A stretch of DNA of 24,007 bases from a virus (taxonomy: Duplodnaviria; Caudoviricetes). A model generated the notes under the pieces. The model saw nothing but the letters and a program-made list of their open reading frames with translations, was not told the origin of the DNA and made no database searches. How positions within the stretch are numbered: the stretch's first letter is position 1; each line of letters starts with the position of its first letter. The position numbers and the translations under genes were made by a program. Location: the IMG/VR virus record IMGVR_UViG_3300037484_000530, positions 1-24,007 of that record, one strand, 5' to 3'. Shown piece after piece: positions 23,704 to 24,007 of this stretch.

Positions 23704-24007
23704 CGGCAGCGCGGTCGTGTTCCCGGAACTTCCCGTACCCATGCGTTACGCGGGATTCGATATGCAGGAAATCGTGGACGCCGCCTTAGCGAACGGCTGG
23801 AGCATGACGCACGTCGAGGCACGCCCGCGGGTGACGCCAGATGGGTCGCACGTGCGTGACCTATTTCCTGAGGATAAAATCCAGCCACGGATGATGCGAT
23901 ACTTCGACAACTACAGCGGTATCGCAATTGGCATGCGCACGAGCGGGCAGTGGTGGCATTCGGTAGCGTGGGACCACATTCACCGGCTCTGGTTCGACCC
24001 GAGCGGC
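23600..24007 (+). CDS. Peptidase C39-like (papain-fold) cysteine protease, truncated by window end (not in ORF track)
   Basis: Open frame MRPLTQPNRWSCTVAAAAMSM...QWWHSVAWDHIHRLWFDPSG with Q-x5-C, H and DP in C39 order; GAGG RBS. Confidence 0.7.
   Translation, partial: MRPLTQPNRWSCTVAAAAMSMDVPLETLISTIGHDGSAVVFPELPVPMRYAGFDMQEIVDAALANGWSMTHVEARPRVTPDGSHVRDLFPEDKIQPRMMRYFDNYSGIAIGMRTSGQWWHSVAWDHIHRLWFDPSG

Overview
This window is a fragment of a tailed dsDNA phage (or phage-plasmid) genome. It opens with a 1018-aa putative tail-tip protein. A leftward operon follows (3-TM membrane protein, AEP primase-helicase, dNMP kinase, DEDDh exonuclease). A long rightward operon then encodes two ParB/Srx-family proteins, an SSB-like protein, a degenerate ThyX-fold protein, an SNF2-type helicase, a metallophosphoesterase, a small HTH protein, tRNA-Thr(UGU), family A DNA polymerase, a tandem VRR-NUC nuclease, NDK, a degenerate NYN protein and a truncated C39-like peptidase. 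Three non-coding features stand out. (1) A 16-bp imperfect palindrome, consensus about YTGAK(N)ATAAAMTCAA, appears about 24 times by eye, including weak copies, both at gene junctions and inside genes. (2) The ~580-bp divergent intergenic region is mirror-symmetric: each arm has a CAGCGCAAC-N12-TGCCGATAGCMTAGA promoter-like element followed by three of the 16-bp sites. Together with the two ParB proteins and the small HTH gene, this suggests a KorB/N15-like dispersed-operator system. (3) A 126-nt RNA upstream of tRNA-Thr folds as two tRNA bodies joined through their anticodon stems, with no anticodon loop. All calls come from motif reading by eye; no database searches were run.
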